A program made the position numbers and the translations under genes. The notes under the pieces were generated by a model. It saw only the letters and a list, made by a program, of their open reading frames with translations, had not been told where the DNA came from and made no database searches. Shown here piece after piece: positions 48,165 to 62,404 of a stretch of 64,000 nucleotides of DNA (position 1 is its first letter; every line of letters starts with the position of its first letter). Where the stretch lies: assembly GCF_018977255.1 (NCBI RefSeq), contig NW_024705026.1:1-64000 (forward strand), read 5' to 3'. Origin of the DNA: Callorhinchus milii (Eukaryota).

Positions 48165-51100
48165 CCACTCGCACCCTCACACACAGACACACCCTCACTC
48201 ACACCCTCACGCCCACCCCTCACACACCCCTCACACACACACACACACACACTGCTCAGACACACAGCCTCATGCACTCACACTTCTTAGACACTCACCC
48301 TCGCACACACAACCCTCACACACACTCACCTTCACACACAGACTCAAGCACACATAACCTCATACATACCGTCGCTCACACGCACACCCTCACGCACTCA
48401 CACACAACACTTACACACACCTGAAACATACAGCCGTCACACACACACTCCTCGCACACACCACTCACCCATACCTCTCTCACACACACCAATTGACACA
48501 CCGGCATACTCGCCTTACACTGAAACCAACTACGCACACCTATGAAACACAACTGACATTCACATCTAAGAAACACATATCACACGTACCTCACACATAA
48601 CCCTGAAACAAACATCACACACACGCCTATCACACAAACCCCTCTCATACACACCACTCCCACACGCAAAAACACGCGCCTCAAACACACTCCGCACCAC
48701 AACAGCAACACAATTATATTAGCAGAGCGCATTTCAGGTCGTGAGGACGTCCCAAGTCACAAAAAACTATCATACGCATCTCTTACACGCAAACACCTTC
48801 CTCACACAGAGCTCACTCAGCTACAACTCTCAAAAACATCCCTCACACACACGCCATACAGACGCTTCTCACACACATCTATTACACACACAATACGCTC
48901 AAACACATCTCTTTCTTACACTTCTGTCCACACACGACTCACACACACTACTCATGTGCGCACACCGCACATATTTCACACACACACTTTTCAGACTCAC
49001 TCCTCACACACACAACAATTAAACACAACACTCACGCAACCCTCACATACACAACGCCCGTACACACACCCCTCAAAAAAAAACTTCTCACACACACACC
49101 CCTCACACACAGACCCTTCACACACATATCGCTCGTATGCACACTACTCACAAAAATCATCCTCACACGAATCTTCACGTATACCATTCACACACACTTC
49201 ACACAAAACCATCACTTCCACACCCATTCACAGCCCGCACACATATACCCTGACCCACACTCCCCTCACATAGGAGAACAGAGGAGAAGTCTGAAGAGGT
49301 GGAGCAGGAGGGGGTGAATTGGAGTTTGAAGTGACCGAAAATGATGAGGGGGTCGGACAAGAGGTAGAGGGAGGCGAGGAGGGTGGGGATGTCAGAGATA
49401 AAGGTGGGGTATGATTTTGGGTGGCAGTAAATTAGGATTATTAGACAGAGGTAGGAGGGATGGCAGAGTGTAAGTGTTGAAAAGAGGGGAATGAGCCGGT
49501 GGAGTAGGTGGACAGGGCAAGTGACGCCCTGGAGATGAGGGCCACCCCACCGCCATCACGGTTGGGGCGTGGGACATGTTGGTAGGTGTAGCGGGTAGTG
49601 TGGCCTCAGTGAGGGGAAAGGTGTGACCTGGATTGATCCAGGTTTCAGTGAGGGCCATAATGTCAATACCCCCTCACACATAACCTCCACACACATCCTC
49701 TCACAACCCCCCACAATCACCCTCACCCACACTCACTTATCCTATCACACAAATACACTCACACACAAATTCTCACACTCCCCCTCAGACAGAAACTCAT
49801 ATAAACGCCCACACATTTTCTCAAACCAACCCTCAAATAGCCCCTCTCACACACACCCACACACACACTCTCACACATTCCCCCCCCCATACACACGTAA
49901 ACCTCTCACACAAACCCTCACACACAAACTCACACCCACCGACACACACCGTCATATACAACGCCTCACACAACCCTCACTCACCCCTCACACACAACCT
50001 AACGTATACCCTGATACACACCCTCACACACACCCTCACACACGCCCTCACAAGCCACCTCACAAACACCATCACATCGTGACCCTCAAACATACGCTCA
50101 CTCCCTTAACCTCATAAACTGTCTCACACTCGCGCACACACACCCTCACACATACCCTCACACAGACACTCACAAACAACCTCACACGTGCCCAAACACA
50201 CCCCTTCAAACACCCCCTCAAACCCCCTCACAGACTACATCACACACAACCTCACACCGTAACCGTCACACAAACCCTCACACAGACCCTCACACAGCAC
50301 CCTCATACATCACTTCGCACAGCCCCTTATACACACACTCACATACTATCCCTCACACACCCCTTCACACAGACCCTCATACAGACTCTCACATGCACGC
50401 CTACCCACTCACTCACAAAACCCCTCACAATCATCCTCCCACAGACCCTCACACAGACCCTCACAAACAACATCAAACACATCCCTACACATACACTCAC
50501 ACCCTCAATCTCACACCCTCCATCACACACACCCGTCACTGAATCCCTCACACAGACACTCAAACAGAACCCTCATACATCTCTTCACGCAGTCCCTCAC
50601 ACACATCCTCACACACAATCCTTCTCACTCTCCTTCACATGGAGCCTCATACAGAGCCTCACATACACGCCAACACACTCCCTCCGAAACCCCGTCTCAC
50701 AAACCCTCACATATTCCATCACACAAACACACTCACACACAACCCCTCATAGCACCCCCCCCTCACACACCCTCATACACACCGTCACACACCCTTGCAC
50801 ACCTCGTAACACAGAATCTCACACATGCCCTCACAACCCCCTCACACACATGCTCACAAACCCACTCACACATAGCCCTCACACATCCTATCAGAAAGCC
50901 CCTCACACACAAACTCACACAGAACACCTCACACATCCCCTGACATAGACACTCATACAGACCCTCACATACACGCCTACACACTCCCTAACACAGAACC
51001 TCACACATGCCCTCACAACCCCCTCACACACACCCTCACAAACTTCCTCAAACACCTTCACATATCCCATCACACAAACACACTCACACACAACCTAACA

Positions 51101-52770
51101 CACTCTCACACATCCCCTCAAACACACACAACTCTCTCACATATACCGTCACACAAATCCTTACACACCCACACACACACCGTCAAACATAAACCCTCAC
51201 ACACACCCTCTCACACACACCCTCTGACACACAACCTCACAACCTCACCCTCTCATACACCCTCATATATAACCCTCACACGCAGCCTGACCCACATACC
51301 TCAGACACACCATCACACAGGGCCTCACACACAAGCTCACACGCATCTTCACGCACACATTCACACACCCACTCACACACACACCTTCAATCAGACCATC
51401 ACTTACACCCTCACACACGCTCTCACGCGTATCTTTCACACACACCTTCGCATGCATACCCTCACACACACCTTCACCCACACTCACACAAACCCTCACA
51501 AACATTGACACACACACAGGCTCACACACATTCTAACACACACTCACACAGACGGACACCGTCACACAACTCTCAGAACCCACTCACACCCCTCTCACAC
51601 ACATCCTCACAAATATTGACACAGACAATCTCACACACATTCTAACACACACTCACACACACGCACACCCTCACGCACCTCTCACAACCCCCTCACACCC
51701 CTTTCACACACACCCTCACACAAATACTTCACACACACACCCTCACATACGCACTCACGCAACAACTCACACACCCCATCTTAAACACCTTCACACACAC
51801 CCCTCACACAAAATATCAGAGGCACCCACTCACACAAACACCGTCAAACTCACCCTTACAGACACCCTCATAAACCTTTCATAGAGACCCTTATACAGAC
51901 CCTCACATACCGCCTACACACTCCCTCACACCAAACTCACACACACCATCAAACACACCCTCACACACATTCTCACACAACAACACTCACAAACAAAACC
52001 CACTCACACACACACTCACAAACACCCACATACACACAGTCAAACACACCAATCATTCACACCCTCACAGAGTCCTCACCCACACCACAAACAAACATCG
52101 ATCAGACACCTGTCAGAACATAACCTCACACACACCGCTCACACACATTTTCACGCAAAACCTCACACACCAAACACACACACACACACACCCGCAAACA
52201 CAGACACTCTCACACATACACTCACACACCCTCACACACAGACCATAACGCATACAACCTCACACACTCCCTCACACACACGACCTCACACACACACACC
52301 CTCACGCATTCCCTCACACACACACGCCTTCACACACATACAGCCTCACGCACTACCTCACAGACAAACCCTCGCATAGGCTGTGATCTTCTGAGCTGAA
52401 TTGCATCCCCAGTTGTAGATGTGTTCACACACAAACTCACACAAGTCGCCCTCACACACAGACTCAAACACAAATTCACACACAGCCAAAAACACCCACT
52501 CACACACACACACACATATTCTCTCCCAATCAAACAACCTCACCCGCAATGCACAGATCCGCTCACACACCATCACACATAAACACCCAACCTCATCCAC
52601 GTTCATCACACACCCTCCCATGGCCTCACACAAAGAGTCTCACACACTCACAGTTCACAAACACACCTCTCACACACACATTTGACATAACTCAAAAAAG
52701 CAACTGCTCACACACAAGACACCCATCACACCCCCCACACTCACGCTCATCCTCACACAACGCCTTACAA
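48165..52770. repeat. Long CA-rich low-complexity tract (ccctcacacaca-like) in the last TRIM intron
   Basis: About 4.6 kb of degenerate (CA)n/ccctca. Confidence 0.92.
49270..49665 (-). mobile_element. LINE (L2-like) apurinic endonuclease fragment
   Basis: MALTETWINPGHTFPLTEATLP contains the APE motif LTETW. Confidence 0.75.
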
Positions 52771-53925
52771 AGACTGTGACCCTCGCAGCTGGATTGTGTT
52801 CCCAGGTGCAGATGGGTTCACACACTCTTAGCTCCCAGACGTCCTCTCACTCCACTTTGTGCTGTTCCTCTCTCTCAGCTCCGGCCTCTCTGACTCTGGA
52901 CCCTGACACAGCGAATCGCTGGCTCATCCTGTCTGAGGACCTGACCAGCGTGAGACTCGGAGACACACGGCAGCAGCTCCAGGAATGTCCGAAGAGGTTT
53001 AGTAAATATCCCATTGTCCTGGGGTGTGAGGGCTTCACATCAGGGAGACATTACTGGGAGGTGCAGGTGGGCAGCAAGACTGAGTGGGATGTGGGATTGG
53101 CCAGAGTGTCCGTCAACAGGAAAGGAGAGATCACAGTGTCACCAAAGGATGGATTCTGGGCTGTGACACTGAGAAACGGGGATGAATGTAAAGCTGGTAC
53201 GAACCCTGATAACCTTCTGTCCCTGAGAGAGAGACCCGGAAAGCTGGGAGTTTACCTGGACTATGAGGGGGGATAGGTGACATTTCACAACGCTAACAGC
53301 ATGTGTCATCTCCACACTTTCAACCAGACTTTCACTGAGAAACTTTATCCTTACTTTCGTCCAGATTTGAATTATAGCGGCAAAAGTTCTGATCCTCTGA
53401 GGATCTGCCGGGTGACAGATTAATGAGGAGGAAACCCTGAGCCATAACCTGTGTTTGGCTGTGATGGTCACCTGGCTGAACCTTTTGTATTCTGTGTCGT
53501 TGTACAATAAATCTTGAAGTTTATATTACACCTTTCACACTGGGCCCACAGCTCAAACATTTCTCAGGATTAACAGTGAAGCGACAGTTGTGTTTGTCAG
53601 TGAATGTGGAGTCAATTTGCAAAGAGCAAAGTCTGCAACAAGTCACGTTTCACACTATAAACTTCAGGCTGGAGATGTCAGCTTCTGATCTCGACAAATA
53701 ATAATCCTTACATTGCACACAGCTCCTCAACACGTCTGCCAGACGTCTCGATGCCCTTCCCAGGCTTCCGACATCTGCATTAATCCCAAATGTATCCACC
53801 GCTTTCTATGCATTAACTCTCTCCCTCTCTCACACACTCTCTCCGTCCCTCTCTCTCTCTCACTCACTCTCTGTATTTCGCTCAAACTCTCTGTCAATCA
53901 GCCGCTGGAGAACAGGAGACAAATA

Positions 53926-54285
53926 GGGGCGGGTTTGGGGGCGGGGCTGGGTTTGTGGGCGGGTCTGGGGTTGGGGGCGGGGTTGGGGGCGGGGCTGGGG
54001 TTGGGTCTGTAGCTGGTTTTGGCGGCGGGGCTGTATTTGGGGGCGGGGCTGGGGTTGGGGGCGGGGCTGGTTTTGGGGTGGAGCTGGGGTTTGGGGGCGG
54101 AGCTGGGGTTTGGGGACGGAGCTGGGGTTTCGGGGCGGAGCTGTGTTTGGGGGCGGGGTAGAGGTTGGGGGCGGGGTTGAGGTTTGGGGGCGGAGCTGGT
54201 TTTGGGGGCGGAGCTGGTTTGGGGTCGGAGCTGGTTTTGGAGGCGGGGCTGTGCTTGGGGGCGGGGCTCCATTTGGGGGCGTGGG
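53926..54285 (+). repeat. G-rich ~18-bp tandem array (ggggcggggctggtttt-like), ~20 units
   Basis: Repeated GGGGCGG(GG) cores. Confidence 0.9.
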
Positions 54286-54442
54286 TAAGGCAATATTATT
54301 TTTATTACATTATATTTGGGATTATATTTGGGAATGAGGCTTTTAAAGGGGAGGGGAGTTTCCGGGTTTAATACCCTTATTATAATAATAATAATTATTA
54401 TTACTATTCTTCTTTTCAAACCAACTCATGATCACATCACAG

Positions 54443-54775
54443 TGGAGTCCTGTAGCTCAGTGGTTAGAGCACTCGCTTTGCAAGTGAGAGACCTGAGTTC
54501 AATTCCAGGCAGAGGGCGAAACCTTGGGCAAGTTTCCTTACTCCACACAGAGCCTAATAATAATCCTCCAAAACCAACAACAATAATAAATTGGTCATTT
54601 TCAATCTACGACTGTTCGTGGGACATTGCTGTGCGCAATTGGCTGCCGCGTTCGCCCACAAAATATATAGTCAATTCACTTTACAGTGTGTTCTGTGAAG
54701 CGCTTTGGGACGTCCTCCCGATGTGAAAAGCGCTATATCAAATGCAAGGATTATTATTATTATATTATTATTATT
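54443..54775 (+). mobile_element. Full-length tRNA-derived SINE, young
   Basis: Nearly identical to 25761-26102. Confidence 0.93.
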
Positions 54776-56938
54776 CTGTCTCAACACGTTTCACAGGATA
54801 GTATAGTGACAGTGACTGTGTTTTTACAGAATTCACTGTAAAGCGGCGGTGAAAAGGGTCCTTTAGCTCAGGGCTTAGACTCACAGAAACACACACAGGG
54901 ACAGACATACACACGCGCACACACACACAAACAGAAATACACAGACACACACATACACAAATACACACACATAGACCCTCACAAACAAGCTCACACGCAC
55001 ACAGACACATATAGACGGAGACATAAACGCACGTACACGCACACAGACGGAGACACAGACAGTCAGACACACACACAGAGATACACAAACACACACAGCT
55101 CGGGATCGCAGTGTCCACCCGAATGACCATCACACAGGACTGGCTTCATTTCCACAATAGTTGCCGAGCGGCAGATCAGCACCAGGGAGACTCTGGTCAC
55201 CTCCCCTCAAGGAGAGGAAGGGATTTGACTAAACAAGCGCTTTGAGGCGTCTGCAGGACGTGAACAGCGCAATATCCAATGCCAGGATTATTATTATTAT
55301 TATTGTAATTATTATTATTACTGAGAACATCTTCTTCGCCTTCCAGCATTATTGTTGTCGCTTGGCATGACTGGTTCCCAAATTTCTTATGTATCTCTGT
55401 CTATGCGTGTTTCAATGGGACAACAACTGGAATGGAGGGCGCTGTACAAATGTCTTGTTTTTGGGAGCGACTGTGTTTGTGTCTGTTCGTGTGTGAGTGT
55501 TCTGTGAGTGTCTGTGTGTTTGTCTCTGTTTGCATATGCACCTGTGTGTTTCATTCCCACTTTACATATCTGAGTGTGTTTGTGAATGTTTATCTGTCTG
55601 TGGTTGTCATTCTGTGCTGTTGTGTGTATGAGTCGGTGTTTGTGTGTGTGTTTGTGGCTAAGTCTGTATATATGTAATTGTTTGACAATATTCTGCACAA
55701 TAACATGTATCAAAAATAGAAGTGAGATTCTCCTGGTGTCCTGGCTGACAGCACCATCAATAAAAATTGGACGCTCACTTCACTGCAATTTGACAGCCAC
55801 AATCATCTGTACAAAACGTTGTCTCGATACTTTCCAAAAGCGATGTCCAAATGGCGGCACGCGGGCCGCATGTGTCCCTGTAGTGAACTGTTTTGGCGAG
55901 ATACCATTTCCAACCGTCTACCTTCCGCTATTTCTCTGTTGAACTTCCTCGTGTGGCAGCAGCAGGACCCGGCGGTTGGGAGACCTCAGTGCGGAGAGTG
56001 GAATAATACCGGCCATTGCTGCAGTGGGTCACGAAGGCGAGCATTTCTCTAATCAATCACATACTTAGTCACCCACAACTCCTCCATCAGCAGATAGTGA
56101 TTGCCACGCGTTTGATAACAGCAATACCAAACTCCATCATCGCTGGGGTCAACACACTTACAGACTCGAATTGAACTGCCAATCTTTAGAATAGCAAGAG
56201 AATGCAATATGACACAGTTGCGTTGTTCAAGTTATGTGGTTTGTTTATTGACTGATAAGGTAACTCAGCAAATAACGAAAGACAGAACGGAAACTGTGAA
56301 CAATTTAGCTGCTAATACAAGTATTCTGCAGGACAAAATTCCAGCGTTTATTTGCCACATAATTTGCAGAAGTCTCGAAGCCTCTGTCGTTGACTAAAAA
56401 ATACCAACGTGAAGAGAACACTTGATTTTCTTCCTTTCAACGTTACCCAAAGAACGATACATGATTGAATTCTTATATTTTAGAACCCACCTCGATCTTC
56501 TGCTCACCCAATAACCCAACTTAAACTACACATCTGTGTCTTCTTCCCCACTGATCCACGTCTCTCGCAATCTCTCTCGGTTACATATCTAACCTTCTTA
56601 ACATATGACTTTGGTCATCAGTTCAACTTGCCTCATCAACACCTATTTGAATCTTCTTCTCATTTATTTTTTATTTACGTTTGAGCGCATGATTAGTTTA
56701 TGCTTAATACAATTTTCTAGTTAAACTGCAAATAGTATTTGCTGACTTTGGGTGAGCCTAGTTTCAAAGGAATTTGGAATAAAATAATAATAAAAATAAT
56801 ATCAAAGAATCTGGAAGAACGTTCACAGAGCAAAAAGGATGCTTAAGAACCAGGGAGACGCATTCATCCGGTTGACTCATTAAATTATGATTCGTTGTCA
56901 ACATTTCTAAATTTACACCGTGTGGCACACATTTACCT

Positions 56939-59261
56939 TTATTTAAATAGTTTAAATATGTGTTTAAACGGATAGATCACGAGATATTTGACATCCTCTC
57001 TGAACTTAGATTGTGTTGAAGCGTAAATGACGGTGTTTGTGCAGCAACTCAAAAGTTTAAAAATGTCTTTCACTTGTTCGACAACAAATACTGGGTCTCT
57101 GTAACTTAGATAGTAATAAGTGTTTAACGATCGCATTAATATGAAATGTAAAACTTCTATCAGCCACAACAGGATGAAGCTGCCTGATATGGCGAAGAGT
57201 AAGATGATGGATCTTCTTCGGTTCTCTATCTCTGCATCATTGCCACTATTACTTTTCTGGTGCAGGAGGTTACTGCGGATTCTGTTGGCCGCTAAAATGT
57301 GTCTGACTGTCACCACGTTCATCAGCAAAATCAGAAAGAATGGAACAAACGGGGTTATTATTGTGACAAACCAGTGAAATACAATCCATGTGCGAGAGGT
57401 GTAGTAAACCGCTTTGAACTTGCAAAACCAAGGCACTTTGTTCAGTATCTCTCTGGGCTCATACATAAAGTACCAGGGAATGCTGATGAAACAGCTCAGA
57501 GAAGAAATTACTCCTACAACCACGGCTGCTGTTCTCTCGATGCAATAACTTGTTTTCAGTTTCACACAACAGATGGCGACCAGGCGATCAAAGGTGAAAG
57601 CCACTGTGAACCAGACTGACATGTGTGTCACCGCCGACATCAGCACCAATCTGAGTGAACACACGGGAGTGATTTCCAGAAATGTGTGATTGAAATAAAG
57701 AGAATGTATCTGGTTCAAAACCACATCGTTGATGGCGAACAGGAGATCGGCCACTGCCATGGCCACCATGTAGAGGGTGATACATTTTGAGAGCCCACAC
57801 TTTCCCCGGGACAGGACCACAATGGCCAACAGATTCGCTGCAAGAAAGTGGAACAGCAAACAAACATATTTACCTGTGCGCTGCGTAAGTTGGTGGTATT
57901 TAGCTCAAAGTTCATTCACGCAGCACTTTCCCATCAATACTCATGGATTGATGGGCTCATTTTTAAAAAAAATTCAAACCATTAATAAGGTATATTGAAA
58001 TGATCAAACACAGGAATCTCGCTTGACAGGCGACTTCGGTAACCACTGAGTTGCAGATATTATTTAACAAATGAAATACAGACGAAAATAACCGGTAACA
58101 TGTCAGAAGTTCTGCCGAATTCCCTCTCTGTCGCCTGTTCTGTTGGACATGAAAGATCTCCTGTGACACTAACAGAAAATAGAATGAACTATGTCTACAT
58201 TTCCTGGCCATGTATACACCGAACAAAGTGTGTATCCTCAAATATTTATTGCGTTTCTCTGGTTGCAATCATGTTAACATCTGGCAGGACATTGTCAAGT
58301 ATATGCATTGAATATAATCTTAAAGATGTGGACCTTATTTAGTATCAACATGTGTTCCTGCAGATGAGAACATAAATCCGAATATTCACTTCCACTAATT
58401 GAAGATGGCGTTAAAAACTCCACTGTATAAATGTGAAAAGAATTCGCCTCACACACAGCATAACTCGCAGTAACGTCAAAAGAAATAGAGGGCTCAATCG
58501 CGCTATTTATAGTCAGACATCGAAAATTTCGTGATTCTCCAATACTTTTCTCACTGGTCACCCCAACCCCCTCCATTTACAACATCCAACTCATTGAAAA
58601 CAATTCCAAACATGTCCACTCTCACACAGTCTCCGCACTTCCATCACTCCAGTCCTCGGCAGGAATCCCTGCCTCCTTTCCAGAAAACACATTGACATAA
58701 AGATACTCAAAATATTTGCAAACCATTCCCTGCCCTGGCATACCTCTGTCTCTCAACCTACTGACAGAATTGGCTCGCTCATCTGATTAATCCTTCCTCA
58801 CCGCCAGACATTCTTACAGCCAATGTGTCCTGAAACACTGGAGGCTCAATGTCTCCAACTCACACCCTTTTGAGCGACCGTCAGATCAGACCGAAAGATA
58901 TTCTTTTAGGACTGTACCTATGGTCACCATTGTAACACGTGTAGTAACGAGCAGACCCTCCAAGAAGAAGAGACACACTATCAGTCTCACAGCGAGAGTG
59001 GTGAGGGTTCAGCAAACGACAAAATCTTATCTTTAAAGAGACATCAAAAAAGACATCAGCGGAACAGAAGTCACAGCTGGAGAAGTAGAAGTAGATGTGT
59101 GTGCCATGCGCAAACTTGTGGTACATCGGGATACAAGTAAAATTTGTATCTAACTAATTACCTGCAATACCAATAGCTGCAAGAATAGGATAATAAACTA
59201 TCATTATCCGAAAAAGTGTTGGCAGATACTGCCACGGAAAGAAGGCTATAGCCTTCAACAT
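56939..59261 (-). CDS. Intact two-exon GPR139-like class A GPCR, copy C, 332 aa (exon 1 59261-59162; exon 2 57837-56939)
   Basis: 100+899 nt = 333 codons including stop. Junction G|gtaatt...ttgcag|CG gives YYPILAAIGIA-ANLLAIVVLS. Motifs MAVADLL (TM2), FTFDRLVAIC (TM3), PFVPFFLIL (TM5) and SCCTNTVIY (TM7). Confidence 0.92.
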
Positions 59262-62200
59262 TGTGTATCACCAGCGGATAGGCTGTCAGTGCTGGACACT
59301 CAAAGCTGCCAGTCTTTATATCCCAGAACTGTCTCCACTGGGAATAGGATATTTGCACAAATGATTGTGAAATACCAATGTTCCTCTTTTGCCACGAACT
59401 GCTGACTGGATTCCTTGGGGGAGGTTGGCATGATCTCATGGGGTCTGAGCCAGCATTAAGGTGACGTGTTGAACAAAAAATGCTGGAATGAAATCTAACA
59501 CGTGTAGTGGTCAGGGTGAGCCTGTGTCTGAGTCAGGCCAGTTACATGTCGAGTAAATGACTGTGGTTGTGTGTTCTGATCAGAGAGCATGTCTGGTGGC
59601 TGAGGTCAATGTTATAAGACGGGTTTCCTTACCGGCCCGGGGGTTGGATATAAAGAAAGGTTTGGTCTTGTCCTGGCACAATATCCAACAAAAAGAATTG
59701 TTCATACACAGTAAGAGTGAAAACAATATTGTCCTAAACTATGGCAGTGGGTGAATCTATTGTGCAATCTCACTCTGCCAAATCTCGTGATGTTATTTCA
59801 TAAGAGAAAACTATGTGATCCGTGTTTCAAAGAATCAACACTCCCTGCTTCAAGCTTCTGACTCCCTGTGGTGCATTATCTCCAGATATACTATTCGTTA
59901 ACGTTGTCGTCCTACAATGGAAATTTATATATCGGTATCAAAAACAGCACTGGTCCCCATGCACATCACTGGGGGACAGCATTGCAGTATTCCCTCGACA
60001 GAGAAAAACAACCTTTCACCACCACTCTCTGCTTTCGTTATCCGAGACAATTCTCTTTCCATGCTGCCAACGTCCCTTTAAAATCGTGGTCTTCTGTTCT
60101 GTTACAAGTGTCTTACATAGGACTATATTATTAGCCTGATGAAATTCCACGTAAACTGCACGATCTGTATAAGCTTCTTCCACCCTCTTCGTTACTTCAT
60201 AAATAATGTATCCGCTTTGTTAGACCGTGTTGCCTGTTCTTTATTAAACCATATATTTCTAAGTGAATATGCCTTTTGTTTCTAGAAGATTGTCGTCTAT
60301 GGAAGTTGCCCAACAACTGAAGAGCTTATGACTGGCCTCCAGTTACCAGGTTAATCCTTCTGCCAGTTTTTGAACGGGGACTATCAGTTGCATCTCTCCC
60401 GTCCTCTGGCAGCACACCGGTGTTCAAAGTAAATTGAGATATTTTGCCCAGAGAATCCCTTATTTCCACCCTTACTTGTTTCAGTAAACAAGAATGCATT
60501 CCGTCCGGTCCGGATGGCTCATCCACCCGGAGCACCGATTATTTTTTTTACTAACTGCTATCTATTGATTCTTGCTGGAAGAAATGTTTGGGTCCCAAGA
60601 GTAGTTGCTTAGGTGCGTCTTAGATTGTTTTCGAGTTTAACAAGATCAAAGTGAATCATTTGTCACAGATAAATATATTCCATAGAATTTCAAAATGATT
60701 TCAATACAGTATTTTAACAGCTTTTGAGATATTGCTGTGCAACTGCACAAACGTGTATGTTTACAGATGCAAACGACCTCATGTGAATCATTTAGATATT
60801 CGTTTGACGTGAAAAAAGAAAGCGCATTTGACCAGAAGTCATGCTACACGAGAAAAAATGGTGCATCCAGTTCGTCCAACTCTCTGGCGGTCAAGTGCAC
60901 ATATGCCCCGAACAATCTATGTACTAAATTTCATATTGTTATATTCCGAAAAAAATCACTCTTTTGTGTGTTTAAAAATCAACTGTTGCTGTTTCAACCA
61001 TCTCCCATGGGAATCTGTTCCACGTGTTCACTAGTTGCTCGCTGAAATTTTTTTTTCCTTGAATCGTACTGAATTTACCCCCTTCATTTGCAGGCCGTGT
61101 CCTCGGGTTTTGCTATTCTGGACAAGTTGAGACAGCCTGTAATGATCTGTGTTATATGGCCATGTTAGAATATTAAGGACAGCAATCACGTTGCCTTTCC
61201 ATGTCCTTCTTCCAGTGTGAACATATTTACTTTGTCCCTTCTCTCAGTCCAGTACCTCTGTTCCCTAAATCACTTAATTCGCCCTATTCTGTATCTAACA
61301 GTTCATCAACACATCCGACGAAGCGATATACATTCTGACTATATTTACTCTCCTATCATGTACCCAGTTTCCCATAATATATACAGGTTTGGTGATGCGA
61401 CAAGGACAGGCATCTGGACGCTTGCCAGCCAGTTCTCTCAGTGACAGGCTTTGAAGCTGTCACTGGCGAATCTGCAGCCGAGCTCAATGACACAATTTGT
61501 ATTGTCTGCTCTGGACTGATCAGACAGATGACCACCAAATATAAGGCAACACACAATCAGATATTTATTAACTGGCCCTCTTCACTGACATAATTCTTGG
61601 ACATCTCCTTTGCATCCATTCCAATACCTTTTAATCTTTCCTAATACGAGAAATCTAAACACAGCGCTGCAGTTGCAATGTAACCAATGGTATGCACAAA
61701 TATGCCATTGACAGCTGAATCTTGTTTTCTGTGATTCTACCTATAGAACCAAGAATACTGTCAGATTTCCACAGATATTTTGACAGCCAACATTCTGAAG
61801 GATGTGCTGCTTGCCGCTTCCAGTTACAGAGATAAAGCCACCTCTAATGTGCCTTTGCTCCTCTGCTACTCGCAGGATACTGCCAGTCAGTATGTATAAC
61901 CTTCCCTCGTCCTTTCTAACCAAATGGTAATCGTACATTTTGCTTGATTAAACTTCGGCTTTCACCGATCGGCTCGTTCCGCTAATATATTGAATTTATA
62001 CTGCTTGTACACGTTGATATGACATTCAATGTTCTCCTTTATATTGTGAGATAGACATCTTCGATTTGCGCCTGTTATCCCAAATGAAACTGAGCCATAA
62101 TATAGTGACTAAATACAGTAGAGTGATTTTATGTTGAACATAGTTTCTTCCACTGCTTGCAGGTGTTAAAAGTATGACAAAGCAGTATTTTTACGAAAGC

Positions 62201-62404
62201 GAATCACAAAATTTATGATCAGAAGCCTGCACTATATTTATGCTACAAATTATATCACACGAAAGGAATTAAACGGTGGAATTTGTTAAAAAAAAGTCAT
62301 TGATTAATGAACATGGAAGCTTCATGAACGAAACTTCCTATCTAAAGGCCAGTTTTTCAGTTAAGATCAGTTCAGTTGGTGCTCGGGACTGGATTTTGTC
62401 ATTC

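Larger units (their letters stand above)
46391..53423 (+). pseudogene. TRIM (RING, B-box, coiled coil, PRY/SPRY; RFP/TRIM39/A33-like) pseudogene. Exons 46391-46802, 46887-46982, 47453-47683, 47871-47893, 47989-48104, 52879-53423
   Basis: RING [24 protein letters not shown]...CAVC; B-box CEKH...CETD..LICYIC...H..H; internal exons of 96/231/23/116 nt; LDPDTA...GRHYWEV...GVYLDYEGG. Disabled by a +1 base near 46406 (ATG frame hits TGA at codon 8) and a TAG at 53274-53276. AATAAA at 53506. Confidence 0.92.
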
